A stretch of DNA of 64,000 bases, taken from positions 7,626,001 through 7,690,000 of the forward strand of contig CM059453.1 in the NCBI GenBank assembly GCA_030390025.1, written 5' to 3'. Below are positions 25,701 to 38,705 of this stretch, one piece after another. The position numbers and the translations under genes were made by a program. Origin of the DNA: Squalus acanthias (taxonomy: Eukaryota). Positions within the stretch are counted from its first letter, which is position 1. Every line of letters starts with the position of its first letter. The notes under the pieces were generated by a model that was not told the DNA's origin, did no database searches, and worked only from the letters and a program-made list of their open reading frames with translations.

Positions 25701-28700
25701 GAGGTCAAATGCGTGCGCCGGAGAGGCAGCGCGCACTGTAATTATTTTTTTCAAAAATTTAAATTTTTGTTTAAAATAGTTAATTTATGCAACTTATGGT
25801 TATTTTCAAAATGTTACTGTTTTCTTAAGTTATTTGAAGTTTTAGTTCGGATTTGTGGGGTGATCTCTATTTATAGATTTGACAGGTCTTCCAGTCAAAT
25901 CTATGAATGGAGATTCCCTGCTCCGATTGCCTTCCATGGCCCACGTGATCCCAGGGGACGGCTCGAACTAACTGCGCCCCTGGGATACGCAAGCACTGCA
26001 CACCGCCACTGCAGGAGGCTCAGGACAGGAATCTCACGCGGGCCCACAGCACAACGGCAGGCGCGCAAGGTAAGTGAAGGTCGGGGGCTTGCACCCGCGG
26101 GAAGACTCCGACCCGAATTTATTTTCCATTTAGTCTATCTGTATCCCTTAGCAGACTCTTTGTGTTCTCCTCACAGTTTACTGTCCCACCTAGCTTTGTA
26201 TCATCAACACAATTGGATACATTACACTCGATCCCTTCATCTAGATCAAAATATAGATTGTAAATAGCTGAGGCCCCATTACTGATCATTGCGGCACCCT
26301 ACTAATTGCAGCCTGCCAACCTGAAAAAGATCCGTTAATACCTACGATCTGTTTTCTGTCTGTTAACCTATCCTATATCCATGCTACTATATTACCCCCA
26401 ACCCCATGAGCCCTTATCTTATGTAATAACCTTTTATGTGGCACCTTATGTCTTTTCCTTCTCCCGATTAGCACAGACCAGATCTGCAACCCAATTCTTT
26501 TCAATTTCCACCAGCCAACATTCAAAAGGGAACATTTTACTTTATCTATGATAGGCATTAATATACGTTAATGATACGGTGCTGATTGCTCTAGGTGAAA
26601 GTTGAGTGTGATAAATAACGGTCAGTGCGAGGTTTATTGATAATTTCAACCTGGGTAAATAGCAGATGCAAGTGTTTCAATGTGTAAACGCAGTCCTTTC
26701 TATTATTAGGTAGATCGCTTCAACACATTGGAGTTAGAAATTAGGAATACATAAATATTCATCATCAATCTTTTTGCGATCATTGAATAGTTGATATTAT
26801 TAAGCATGGAATTGCCTTCTTTAAATATATCATGGTACAAGAAGGGTTAAAATCTAGCACCACTCACAAGAGTCTTCTGGCTCATGTTGCTGCGGTTGTT
26901 GCCGAAACATTGGCTGTTGAGGGGCGGCGCCTATCCGAGAAGCAACGTCATAGATTTGAATTGTATACATCCTGTCCGATTGGTTGAAGGATAAATTTGA
27001 TTGGCAGCAGATTGTAAACCTAACTGGGTGTTATTTGAAATCACTTGGAGCCGGTCACAATTCTGAAGGTAATTATCAGCCTGTCTATTAAAAGCAGCGA
27101 GTCTGTCTGGAGCTTTCAAAGAGAGTTGTCAGACCAAATAGCTCAAATCACTGGTAAGAATAAGATAACACGTGCAATATAAATAACTGCTTATGTCAAA
27201 TTTTAGCAGATCAATCACACCCAATTATGAAATATAATGTTCGACTCCTTGAGCCAAACAAACTTAAGAACTACTGTAAACGTATGTGTCACGTTACTTT
27301 TACTATTTGCTTGTTGTTTTACTGTTTCCTGGACTAGCTTGATTGATAGAACTTCAGTGTCAATGTGGTGTAGTGTTATGCTGAGAGCCTGACATGGCAA
27401 GTAGGTTCGTGTGAGGCTGCCCATAAAACCACCAGCAGAAACAAACTGAAAGGGATTGTATGCCCATTCTTTGAGCATGATGAAAACTTTATCCAGATTG
27501 CACGGGAAGCGTAAACACTCCCTGGCACACAGAGCGCCAGCGATCAGAAGTCCAAAAATGTCCACTTTAAACAGAAGGAAACAGACCCCAATAACATAAC
27601 AGGAAGAATGTACAGACAGTCTGATTCAAACAGCCACTAATATTACTGTATATTTGATGCCGGGAGATGCGAACGACTGGGCAGGAATGATTGACCTTCC
27701 TACTTTACGCACCAGTTTAGGCTGATGCCCACTGTACTCATGGGAGTTTAATTTAAAGGAGATTTTGATATACGGACGTTCTGATGCAGGTTTCCTTTGA
27801 AACTTAATTCTATATAATTAATAATCACACCTACCTTTTTATCTTCAGCGTGAGGACGACTGCAATTAGAGTAACAAGCCCGATGGTTCCTCCTCCTATT
27901 ATGAGGACGATTGTCCTGGACAATATTCCTAAAATGTTGGATAACATTGCTCTATATTAGGAATTTGGGATTAAACAACAATCTATCTTGGAAGCACATT
28001 TATGAGTGTGAGGAAGCAAGTTTCCTTTATGTTCGGATCACAAAGCTAATGGTAAATTATATTCTCCACTTGATTCAACCTGTTGATCCTTGCGTAAAAG
28101 CCTTTTGTTCCTGTGTTGCGGACTGGCGTAAATTTGAATTAATAAATTAAGTTTCACTGATGTAAAAATCTCAACTGACAAATTAAGTTCACTCCACAAC
28201 CCACCCTAGGAAAAACAGTGGGCTTAATCTGATCGGAATACAGGGCCGCCAAGGTCAGCAGTTACATCGGTAAGATTTAAAATCTATAGCGATAATTCAA
28301 TTTTGCTTAGGCTATTGAATATCGGCTCTACATAACCAAATGTGTATGAACACGATTGAAATGAGCATGTAGCTAGAAAAGGGTAGATTGCAGTTTGCTA
28401 ACATGTATTGAGATAATTTTGGATTTTCTGAAGAGTTTAACTTAATTCAGAAGCATTTGTTTTCCAAGATCACTGGCAATTTATGGTGATCAAATAATTT
28501 CAACATATCTTGAAAATATAAACCGAACAAGTTGCAGAAGAATGAAAGTTAAAATGGATAATGTCGACCGCACCTTTCAGTTGGTGATTGATCACTGATG
28601 AAAGTGGTCCTAACACTAATTCGAGATAGATTCCGTATGGACTAACTAAGTGAAGCTAATATTTGCTGATACTAACACCGTTCAGTTACTGACTGACCAG

Positions 28701-31700
28701 TGATGCACCAACTCCCTTATAGTATTAAATTACAGATAAATTAAACACGTACCCTTAGAGTGGAGCTGATAATTACTGACAGAATGACCGTGCTCGTTTG
28801 CTGCAACACATGAGATCAGGTTTCCGGTTCCGGTAGGGTGAGTCAATCTCAGAGAGCTCTCCATGAGGTGACTATTCACCGCCCAGGAGATGATTTCCAC
28901 ATCTGACCTGTTCCCAGTGAGGATTCTCCCATTGAGGCCCCACGTGATGTTTCCCGGGGGATTGGCTCTGATCCGGCAGCTACAGTTCGTCCAATTCTCA
29001 GAGCTGGTGCATGTCGGGCCTGCTAAAATTGTGGCTTTATCTAAAAAAAATGGAAACTTCAATAGAAAATGATCATGTAAATAGTTGCAGTATCGAAGTA
29101 CAATTAATTCATGAGTTGAACTTACCATAATAGTTCTGGTAGATATATTTTAAGATGAAGCAACCTATGTTGCACCAGTTGATGGCGTATTATATTTTCA
29201 CTTATAATAGGTGAGCTCGTTAGGAACAATATCATATTAAACCTAATTGGTGTTCAGTCCAACCAGACCTTTCCTGACAGATATTGTGGGGGGGTTCCTC
29301 AGAAATAGCAAGGTCAGTGTGTTAATTATCTATAATATACCCACAAACGTGATTCACCCGTCACTGTTTTAACAGGTGAATTAATTTCAATTTCTTCACT
29401 TTGTGTACTGTTTTCAACATTTTCGTTTATGGTAGACAGAAGTGATTCTTCAATAAATGTCCGGCTAACAAGCCGACACTTCAAAGGACCTTGTCTCGGA
29501 ATATTACCCTGTCAACTCAACATTAGTACAAGTAACATAAGTTGTATTCAAGCCATTTTATCAGATTTCATTTTGGAAAACTTCTGCTCATGAAATTGCT
29601 GCATGTCAGTTCTAAGGATTGGAATATTGTTTACTTCAGACGACGAGTATTATTTATTAAAAATTAGTTGGTTGAGTAAAGTTCCCAGTAAATGTGCTGC
29701 TGTCGTAACCTCATAAATGTAAGACCTACTGCATTTATGGGACATTATTCCAGTTTCCACTCCTGTCATACTGAGCGAGATGCAAGGTTAGTTTCCATAA
29801 TTGGAGCCATCGAGGTAGTTTCCCGCTATTTCCGCGGGAAGGGGTGAACCTATCCCAAACTCATGCACACGGGCACCTTCCAGCCAGCAGGCAAGAGAAA
29901 ATTGGAATTTAATGCAGAATTCTTGAAGTGAAAGGCTACTATCTAATTGAAAATTCATACATACTTACATTGGACTGAAATCTGTGTGGAGCGGTTTGTG
30001 GTGCCCACGGCATTTTCAGCGATGCACCAATCTTCCCCGGCGTCCTCAGAACGAATGTTGTGGAATATTTGATTTAGTTCACCACTGGAAGATCTGCTGA
30101 TCTACTCACAATTTTTCACCCATCTTAATCTGACCTGGGGTTTTCCACAGGCTGTGCAGTATAATAATAATGAACTTCCTTCCACAGCTACTATAGATGA
30201 GTTGATGGCTGGGAGGTCCAGTCCATCTTAAACAGGCGTTAATGCAAAACGTGATTGTCGAATAAGCATAATTGAGCTCCTAATTAATTCATTATATTGG
30301 GTATGGGGATCGGGCGGGAAATATGGAGTTAAGTTCGATGATCAGCCATGATTGCCGGAGTGGTGGAGCAGGCTCGAAGGGCCGTATGGCCTACTCCTGT
30401 TCCTAATTCCTAAGTTCTTATTAAGCCCAACCAGAGCTGAGATCTGGTGTCATAGCTTCAGATCCTAACTCGGCATGGCTTTAGTTGCTTCCATTTATGA
30501 CTGCCTAAACTCAGAACCTGACTGGAAGTTCATAGAATAAGTATTAACAATCACATTAAAACATCTGTTGGAGGCACCATCATTGATTCATGGATATGAA
30601 TGTTTCTAATGTAATATGACTGATGAGAATTACATGTGAGCCATTCCGAACCTTTTTAACCCCTAATAAATTACTTGTGGTAAATGTGCAAATTTGGAGC
30701 TGGTTGGCCGACAGGATAAGTCTGTTTAGTTTAGACCGGACACTTACCTTTAATCTCCAAGCTAAGATTTTGTGCTGAGGAAGTTGGTATACCATCAATT
30801 AGAATTGTGCATCCCAGAATTTTCCCGTCATGAGCAGATGATGGTGTAAAGTTGACGACGGATGAAACTGTCCGAGAACCTGAAGTTTCATTGTTAATTT
30901 CTGCTCCAACTTGAGTATCCATTGCGGGTGGAAGGGACACATTATCAAGAATCCACTTCAGTTTCAGGTTGCCATCCGGGCAGTTGTGGGTGACGGAACA
31001 GGACAATTGTGCAGTTTGTCCAGCGATCAATTCCCCATAACCTGAAATTTCTGGCTTTTCTATAAAAACGGGAGAAAACCAGCTTGTTAGGTACATTTCA
31101 GGGTTAAAACGGGGGATCGATGGCTTACAATTAAATCTGAGAAAGAAATAACAAGAAAATCACATTTTGTTCATTTTACTCAGCCACGTGTTGCAAGTTT
31201 GTTCACCTATCTGAATTACTCCTCGCAGTTGTAATGCAGTTTTATGCCTCATCGGGTAACATATGGCACCACTTAATTAAACATTAGTCGTTATATCTCC
31301 AAATTATTTGTATCATGGATATTGTCCAGTGAACAAATTTTGCACGCTGGATTTAGAATTAACGTTAACTCCGCAAATGTCACGAATATTTCATCCTCTC
31401 GTATACCTCGTTCTGCACCAGCAATTGCCTATGTGGTGGTGATTAATGCAGACCCAGAGAGATCTCGATTCTGTTGTCAAGAAACGTCAATATAGAATGA
31501 TAATGCTCAAGACATGGAAACAACAGACAAAGGATGAGTAACACCGCCTTGTGTGGGAGAGGCAGAGCAGGTTCCTCGCGTGTAAATCTGAAGAAGGCTT
31601 CAGCAGAAATACTATTTGGAGCCTTGGGATTTTAATGAACAAATAAATTATAACTTGAACTGATTTTCACGTTACTGAAATATCTACTTTTTAATTAAGT

Positions 31701-34309
31701 TCTAATTAAAAGCGGGGTAAATGAAGCTGGATAGGGAAAGGCACGAACAAAGACTGCATTAATTCAACGCCTTTTAAGTACTCGTGACGTCAAAAGTCGC
31801 TTCACCAAAAAGTAACTTGAAATGTAATCAAGCAGCCATTGCCGATGGTAAACACAGGAGATTATTGGAGAAGATATTAATAGGTTTGGAATTAAGAATT
31901 AGGTAGAAATTGCAATATAAACTGTTTAGAAGTGACGAAGCAGCGAGTCGCTGTTAAGCGCAGTTGCTCAGAATAGTTGGATCCCAGAACGGTGTCCCAC
32001 AGGGTTGTCCTGTGGAATTGCTTCTATTCACTGTGTGCATCAATAAATTGGATAAAGCGCTAAAGAGAATGATGTCAACATTTCCCGGCAGGAATTAATT
32101 GGATTCCAAAAAAATTAAAAATGGGTGGGGTGTACAATGAGAGGTGCATCCAATATCGCCAGTTTGACACCCATGCCAACGTTGCAAGTACAACTCCCAG
32201 GAGATAACTAGAGAACTAAAGCGAGTTTCAAACGGATAGTGCAGATATAGTAGAATGGGGAGATAAGAGGCAGATATCATAAAAGTTCAGAAAATATGAG
32301 GTGGTAGATGTTCATTTGAACCGTAGGAAGCTGCGAGATGTGGAAGAGCAGAGTAATTTGGGGTCAGGTTCATGAGGCAGTAAAAGCAGCACCTCCAGTG
32401 GGAAAGTGTATGAAGATGTTTCTGGAGCTCTGGCTTTAATGGCAAGAGATCAATAATATAAATTCGAGAATAGTGGAGATTCTAACGAGAATAGTAGTTA
32501 TTTCACAGTTGGAGTAAGAATGCGGGTATTGGGCTCCAGTCTATAGGAAGGATTTAGGGCGGATTCGCGTACATTCTGGCTCGTAAAAGGAAGTTTAAAT
32601 AACAAGAAAATATTTAAAAATTGGGGTAGATCTAATTAGTTTAGAACTGATTTTGTGATGATTTAACAGAAGTGCTTAAACTTATTAAGCAACGGGACAG
32701 AGAAGATAGAAGGAGACTGAAGTAGAATTTGAAATGGACGCCCTGGTCAAATCTCTCATTCCAGATAATTCACCCATTGGAGCAACCGCCTAGTTAAATT
32801 GCCTTTCATTTCATTGGAAATAATGAGCTGCTGGTTTATGTATTGTAAGTAGGACCCAAAATCGTCAGTTTTAGTTTCAGTCAACATGTGCTAATCTATC
32901 CTCATGTGAACATATTCAGAATAGGCTCGACAGGTATTTGAAGGGAATTGCAATAAAGGGATATGGGAACTGAACTGACGCATGCGATTCGGAGTTTTGC
33001 TCATGTGAAGGACAAACAGTCACACTGACTGTCTGGGCCGAAGGGCCTGTTTTACTGCTGTAATTTCAATATACTTCTGTGTTTAGGATATCAGACATCT
33101 GCGACACTTATCAGTATCCCTGCACCCTATGTTTCAACAACCCTTTGAGATCGGTCAGGGATATTTTAATATATTCCCACTTTGCACATAGGTTGATTCA
33201 TACTAAAGCACTGGAGTGAAAATGTACAAAAGGAACAAAGGGAATACTCACCTAAAACAGAAATAATTACGTCAGTACACATAGTCTGACGTTTATTAAT
33301 ATCACTGGCCGAAGCGATCTCGATGCTGAGTTCGTATGTACCCTCATCACCCTTCCTGATATCCTTTAGCAGGAGGGAACATTGTTTCATTTCAATGTTA
33401 CACTTGAACTGAGCTCTTCCACCATAGTTATAATGCTGCCTGTCTGGATCTTTAGAATCATAGATAATGGAGAAACCTTGGTTACCAGGAGCATGTTCCC
33501 TCTTTAACCACGTCACATCAGCGATTCTCCGATAGACTGGATAATCAAACGTACACCGGATCTCTGCACATGAACCGGCCACCGCCGACACAACTTTTGG
33601 CATCAGCACAGAGAATTCAGCACTAATAACAACTGCGAAAAATAAATTAGACACACTTTAATTAGCCATTCAAAATGCATTTCAGCATCTTTATCATCCA
33701 TTACAGTATTTGTTAATTGACAAATAATCGCCCATCACAATAGCAATTAAAATATCAGTGAAGGTCTTTTCAAAATCAAGAAAAAATACTAAATAAAATC
33801 CAATCACAACACCGATTGAAATGGTCAAAGGAGTACCTATTTGATGAGCGATTTATGAACCGGTAATATACATATATAATACTCATCTAAAAAACGAATA
33901 CATATCCACTAACAAGTAAGCGAACACCAATAAAAATTCTCATTAAATATACATTAAAATATTGATCAAAATAAATATTAAACATCTATTGAATCTCCTT
34001 TGAATCACTCAATCAATATGAAGTAAGTTTTATTAAATGTGCTTTACAATAAAGTATATTGAAAATTCCTATTTTTAAATATTATTTGAATAGGCTGTAT
34101 TCGCTGTAACACAACAACAACGCATGCGTTTAGCAATCATGAAATTCATATTTCACAAGTTCTGATGTCAACAACAAAAACATCATTCATATTCTTTATT
34201 TTGCTGTTCCTTTCCCACAAGATATAAATCACTTGCAGAAATTGTAAAAAAGCATCAGAAATGTACCTTCTGTCAACATTAAGAGAGGCAGCAGCACGGA
34301 ACGCCTCAT
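22604..34309 (-). CDS. Siglec/MAG-like Ig receptor gene B (leader, V, C2, C2, C2, TM, ITIM, ITIM, ITSM-like); one in-frame TAG in the D3 exon
   Basis: Exons 34267-34309, 33252-33632, 30748-31059, 29969-30226, 28753-29040, 27835-27928, 24514-24601, 22604-22771. All GT-AG and phase-compatible (1,1,1,1,1,2,0). 543 codons in total, 457 aa if D3 is skipped. Siglec Cys pattern GSCAEIRC, QCSL, CSVTHNCP. Confidence 0.8.
22930..23735 (+). mobile_element. Degraded CR1 3' fragments in the last intron of gene B
   Basis: cggctggagtattgtgtccaattc motif and two CR1-type tails (~23080, ~23730). Confidence 0.7.
23825..24080 (-). mobile_element. Degraded DeuSINE-like fragment
   Basis: Loose reverse-complement match to 1915-2170 and 40585-40960. 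Confidence 0.5.
24514..24601 (-). CDS. Gene B cytoplasmic exon 1 (ITIM VIYSRV)
   Basis: ttcag|G ... GAC|gtaagt; KKHGAAARVSEAHDDLVIYSRVQYALKAD. Confidence 0.87.
24711..26450 (-). mobile_element. CR1 3' part, specific to gene B (absent at the matching site in C, ~55625)
   Basis: RT C-terminal peptides at 24929-25357 and 26373-26450; tail aagaacataagaaataagaaataggagcagg. Confidence 0.92.
25565..26127 (+). mobile_element. MITE copy (internally deleted) inserted in the CR1
   Basis: GGGCCAGAAATTCGGG start; interrupts contiguous CR1 sequence gcccactcact/ttagtctatct. Confidence 0.82.
27835..27928 (-). CDS. Gene B transmembrane exon
   Basis: ttttag|GA ... AAAAG|gtagg; GILSRTIVLIIGGGTIGLVTLIAVVLTLKIK(R). 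Confidence 0.9.
28753..29040 (-). CDS. Gene B membrane-proximal D4 Ig exon
   Basis: Open, 288 nt, KATILAGPTC...NCSCRIRANPPGNITW...ISCVAANEHG, resembling the last Ig domain of Siglecs/MAG. Confidence 0.92.
29969..30226 (-). pseudogene. Gene B D3 Ig exon with premature TAG (30102-30104)
   Basis: GLDLPAINSSIVAVEGSSLLLYCTACGKPQVRLRWVKNCE*ISR...EDAGEDWCIAENAVG; 258 nt; weak taag acceptor. Confidence 0.9.
30748..31059 (-). CDS. Gene B C2-set D2 exon
   Basis: Open, 312 nt, EKPEISG...LSCSVTHNCP...LGCTI...LEIK. Confidence 0.93.
31850..32720 (+). mobile_element. Very old CR1-like RT remnant in the V-D2 intron, shared with gene C (~49000-49870, minus)
   Basis: Degenerate ggtgtcccacagggt, cagttggagta and ctataggaaggat motifs. 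Confidence 0.55.
33252..33632 (-). CDS. Gene B V-set exon
   Basis: Open; core of ORF 33166..33654; F strand GTYELSIE. Confidence 0.93.
34267..34309 (-). CDS. Gene B signal-peptide exon
   Basis: accATG, MRRSVLLPLLMLTE G|gtac, phase 1; paralog at 47404-47446. Confidence 0.85.
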
Positions 34310-35169
34310 GGTTGTAAACTGCTGCCGATTTCACTCGCAAAATGAAGAACCCAATTCACAATTTACACCATTCAGATTTCAGCATTCTCCTTTCCAGTCA
34401 CTTCTTGGATTTCTTTGCTAATCAGCATCAGACTATCGGGGAAGTTCGATTCGGTTCCTACCGATCTGTAGGAACAGTGCTCACTCAATCAACTCCGTTG
34501 GTGAGGTAGGCAGCTAACACATCTTGTGCATGGGCTGCGTGTGACCGACTGTTACAGAATATGATGTTATAGTATGTTTAACCGTTGCAAAATAATACTT
34601 AATACAGAAACAATATCTCTCTCTCTCGAACAAACACACACAAACACCAAATGTACTGTTATTTATGATATTGATATATTGGCGCCTGTGATAGAAAGGC
34701 ACCGCTCACACTTGCAGACGCCTCTGACTCACATTTCACACATATTCCGCTTTCTGGCAGCTAATACGAGATGAATTTTGAAGAGTTGTTAACTACAGTT
34801 AGTTAGCATGCTGCATTCTGTGGACGTGTGGTTTCGTCACCTTCTTTCAGGAGCGCTCCAACATGTATCTCTGACGTACTAGATAGGAGCTGTTTGGCAA
34901 TAAACGATTTGATGCTGTGGTAAACTGCCTTTCTTCTAAATATTTAACTCTTTACATTCACACTCAAGCTCAGTAATTTTGCAGAACTTAAGAAAAATGC
35001 CAACCTATTTGTTGCAGTGCTTTTATTGAAATTTAGTTGTGAGGTCTGGGACGTGTAAAATGGACTTAAGGTTCCTGTCGTAAATACAAATATAGCTGTA
35101 ACAGACACAGATAAAATTGATTGACGCAATAGTTTCGACCAAACAGATCAGTGTGGTCAATATCGGGAG

Positions 35170-35440
35170 GCACTGTTTTTCTCATTGGCCACCCGGTGCG
35201 GAGTGGAATTCGGAGGACCTCCTCGTGGATATGCTTCTGGGCCTGGCTAAGGTGGCCATTCACAGGTCGAGGCATCACTCGGTCCAGGTGATTATTTGGT
35301 CTGACTGCCTGCCACCCATCACGTTCGTGTGTCCTTGAAGTGGGAGCATGCTTTGATTGCCTGCATGATTGAGGCCTTCCGCGACCGGTGGACACTGGAG
35401 GGACGAGAGTGCATTGTCGACACGGCCAAAAATGCTATTA
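35170..35440 (+). mobile_element. Tx1-clade LINE 3' fragment
   Basis: Peptide EDLLVDMLLGLAKVAIHRSR resembles the C-terminus of L1-Tx1 ORF2 (recognised from memory). Confidence 0.6.
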
Positions 35441-35580
35441 TTATAAAAAGTTTCTCTTTACATTTAATGACAATTTGAACCTTTTTGATTGTGCGTAAAA
35501 ATGGTGCAATTGTGTTAATTTTTATTAGTTTGGTGACACGTCATCCACACTGGCCAATCAGAGAAGAGTAGCAAATCTCA

Positions 35581-37750
35581 GAAAAGTGTAGAAGTAATAG
35601 GGTAATAATAGTAGGGGTTTTCAACTTCCCCAATTTTAACTGGGAGAGTCAGAGTGTGTTAGGCTTCGAGGGTGCGGAATTCTTACATTACATCCAGGAG
35701 AGCTTTTTGAGCCAGCATGTAGAAAGTCCTACAAGAGAGGGGGCAGTACTGGACCTAATTCTAGGATTGGTAGCCGGACAAGTGGTAGAAGTTTCAGTCG
35801 GAGAGTATTTTGGTGACAGTGACCATAATTCCGTGAGATTGAAGGTGGTCATGGAAAAGGACAAAGATGGACCGGAAATAAAGGTTCTAAATTGGGGGAA
35901 GGACAATTTTAATATGATAATGCAGGATTTGGCCAAATTGGACTGGGATCAGCTACTTGTAGAAATATCCACATCAGAGCAATGGGATTCTTTCAGGAAG
36001 GAAATAGAGAGTGTACAATGCCAACATGTTCCCGTAAAGGTCAAGGGTCGGACCAATAATCCGCGGGAACCCTGGATGTCAAGGGATATACAAGAATGGA
36101 TTAGGAAAAAAAGTGAGGCTTTTGGCAGATACAAAGCTCTAAAAACAGTGGAAGTTCTAGAGGAGTATAGAAAGTGCATGGGGGTACAGAAAAAAGAAAT
36201 TAGGAAAGCGAAGAGGGGGCATGAAAAAACCCTGGCGGGAAAATAAAGGAAAATCCCAAGATGTTTTATAAGTATATTAACGGCAAGAGACTTACCAGGG
36301 AAAGAGTAAGTCCCATTAGGGACCAAAGTGGCAATCTGTGTGTAGAGCCGGAAGATGTAGGTGAGGTTCTAAATGATTATGTTGCATCTGTGTTCACTAT
36401 GGAGAAGGGTGATGTAGGCATAGAAATCAGGCAAGGGCATTATGATACACTGGAAGAAATTATTATTGAGAGGGAGGAGGTATTAGCGGTTTTAGCGGGC
36501 TTAAAAGTGGATAAATCCCCAGGCTGCTGTGTGAGGCAACGGAGGAGATTGCTGTGGCTCCGACACAAATTTTCAGAACCTCTCTTGCCACAGGGGAGGT
36601 GCCAGAGGACTGGAAACCAGCTAACGCAGTACCATTGTTCAAGAAGGTTAGGAGGGAATATCCAGGGAATTATAGGCCAGTGAGCCATACATCAGTGGCA
36701 GGGGAATTATTGGAAAATATTCAGAGGGACAGAATTAGTCTCCACTTGGAGAGGCAAGGATTAATCAGGGATACTCATCATGGCTTTGTCAGGGGGAAAT
36801 CATTTCTGAACAATTTGATAGAATTTTCCGAGGGGGTGATTGGTGTCTGGATGAGGGTAGTGCAGTTGATGTAGGCTACATGGACTTCAGTAAGGCTTTT
36901 GACAAATTCCCGCATGCGAGACAGATCAAGAAGGTAAGAGCCCATGGGATCCAGGGCAATTTGGCACATTGGATCCACAATTGGCTTAGTGGCAGGAGGC
37001 AGAGAGTGATGGTCCAAGGTTATTTTTGTGACTGGAAGCCTGTGTGCAGTGGTGTACCGCAGGGTTGGTGCTGGGTCCTTTGCTATTTGTACTCTACATT
37101 AATGATTTAGATATGAATGTAGGAGGTATGATCAGTAGTTTCGCAGATGACACGAAAATTGGTGGAGTGGTAAATAGCGAGGAGGGAAGCCTCTGGCTAC
37201 AGCACGATATAGACGGGATGTTTAGACGGGCAGAACAGTGGCAAATTGAATTTAACCCTGAAAAGTGTAAGGTGATGCATTTTGAGAGGACTAACAAAAC
37301 AAGGTAATACAGAATGAAGGGCAGGACCCTAGGAAGGACAAAGGATCAGAGGGACCTTGGTGTTCATGTACATAGATCCCCGAAGACAGCAGGACAGGTA
37401 GATGAGGTGGTTAAAAAGGCATATGGGATACTTGCCTTCATTAGCCGAGGCATAGAATATAAGAGCAGGGAGGTTATGATGGAGCTGCAGTTAGGCCACA
37501 GCTGGAATACTGTGTGCAGTTCTGGTCGCCTCACTATAGGAGGGATGTGATTGCATTGGAGAGGGTGCAGAGCAGACTCACCAGGATGTTACCTGGGCTG
37601 GAGCGCTTCAGCTATGAAGAGAGGCTGGAAAGGCTGGGGTTGTTTTCCTCAGAGCCGAGCTTGCTTAAAGGGGTCCTGATTGAGATGTACAAACGTATGA
37701 AGGGCCTCTTTTTGTGCTGTGTCACTCTATGACTCTTAGAATCTGTGACT
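35581..37750 (+). mobile_element. CR1 LINE ORF2 fragment, internally deleted
   Basis: ORF pieces 35656-37732 (VLDLIL, DSDHN, NYRPVS, FADDTKIG). It splits sequence that is contiguous at ~6472 in the paralogous copy. Confidence 0.93.
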
Positions 37751-38289
37751 CGAACAATGGCTCATTTCCCAAGTAACCCACCCCGCTTTGTGATGCTGTA
37801 GAAAAGCTCCCTGTTCCAGTCACGCATCGATTCCGCTCAATTGCCCAGGTTCATGGGAGAGTTTACACTGGGGACTTCTGCTATTGTGTGTGAGTGGAAA
37901 CTTGAACGTAAATTCAGCTAGTCAACAGTGGTGCAATTTCCAGCGTATTCTGGGTGCAGTTTACAATTAAGCCACCAGCCGGAAAACCCTGCCACCTTTA
38001 CGAAACTAGGTAGAACTAGGCACCAAGAGAATGGAGAGGAAGAGAGCGAGAGGGAGACAGTAAAGATATGCACAGTGAACATGATGGGATTAGAATCAAA
38101 TTGAGAAAGTAACAGTAATAAGAGAAGAACTTTTGAAAAAGAAGCATGTCATTAGTGGGCAGTAAGCAGTGAGGAAGCGAAATTTAGGAAGGAAGGTCAG
38201 ACAAGTCAAGCAGTTTGATTAGGGCAGAATAAGACTTTAAATATCTGCAGAGTGTAAGAGGAAGGAGAGATGGGTGAGGAAGTAGAGTG

Positions 38290-38705
38290 GATTGTGCCTA
38301 TACTCCCTGGAGATAAGTAGAATGAGAGGTTATCTCATTGAAACATATAAGATTATTTCGGGAAATGTCAGGGTAGATGCTGAGAGGTTGTTTCCCCTGG
38401 CTGGAGAGTCTAGAACCATGGGGCATAATACCAGGATAAGGGGGCGGCCATTAAAGACTGAGATGACGAGGAAATGGGTATTGAATCTTTAAATTCTCTA
38501 CCCCAAAGCGTTGTGGATTCCGAATTGTTGCTTATATTCAAGGCTGATCTAGATTTTTGGATATCAAGGGACTCAACGGGCATGGAGATAGGGAGGGAAA
38601 GTGGAGTTGAGGTCGAAGATCAGCCATGATCTTATTGAAAGGTGGAACAGGCTGGAGGGGCCATATGGCCTACTCCTGCTCCTAATACCTATGATCTTAT
38701 GAACT
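38290..38705 (+). mobile_element. CR1 3' end
   Basis: LYSLE..RMRGYLIETYKI; tail cctactcctgctcctaat. Confidence 0.88.

Noticed and set aside
25404-26267. 287-aa ORF and other ORFs over MITE copies as a transposase
   Set aside because: Runs through antisense CR1 and a MITE, has no DDE or HTH motif, and frames are not conserved between copies.
33252-33632. Rearranging Ig/IgNAR/TCR V segments
   Set aside because: The V exons end in splice donors with no RSS heptamer/nonamer, lack the YYC F-strand Cys and show the Siglec Cys pattern.
22604-34309. Assigning MAG, CD22, CD33 or SIGLEC15 as gene symbol
   Set aside because: Architecture is family-level only; the sequences look lineage-specific and orthology needs a tree.
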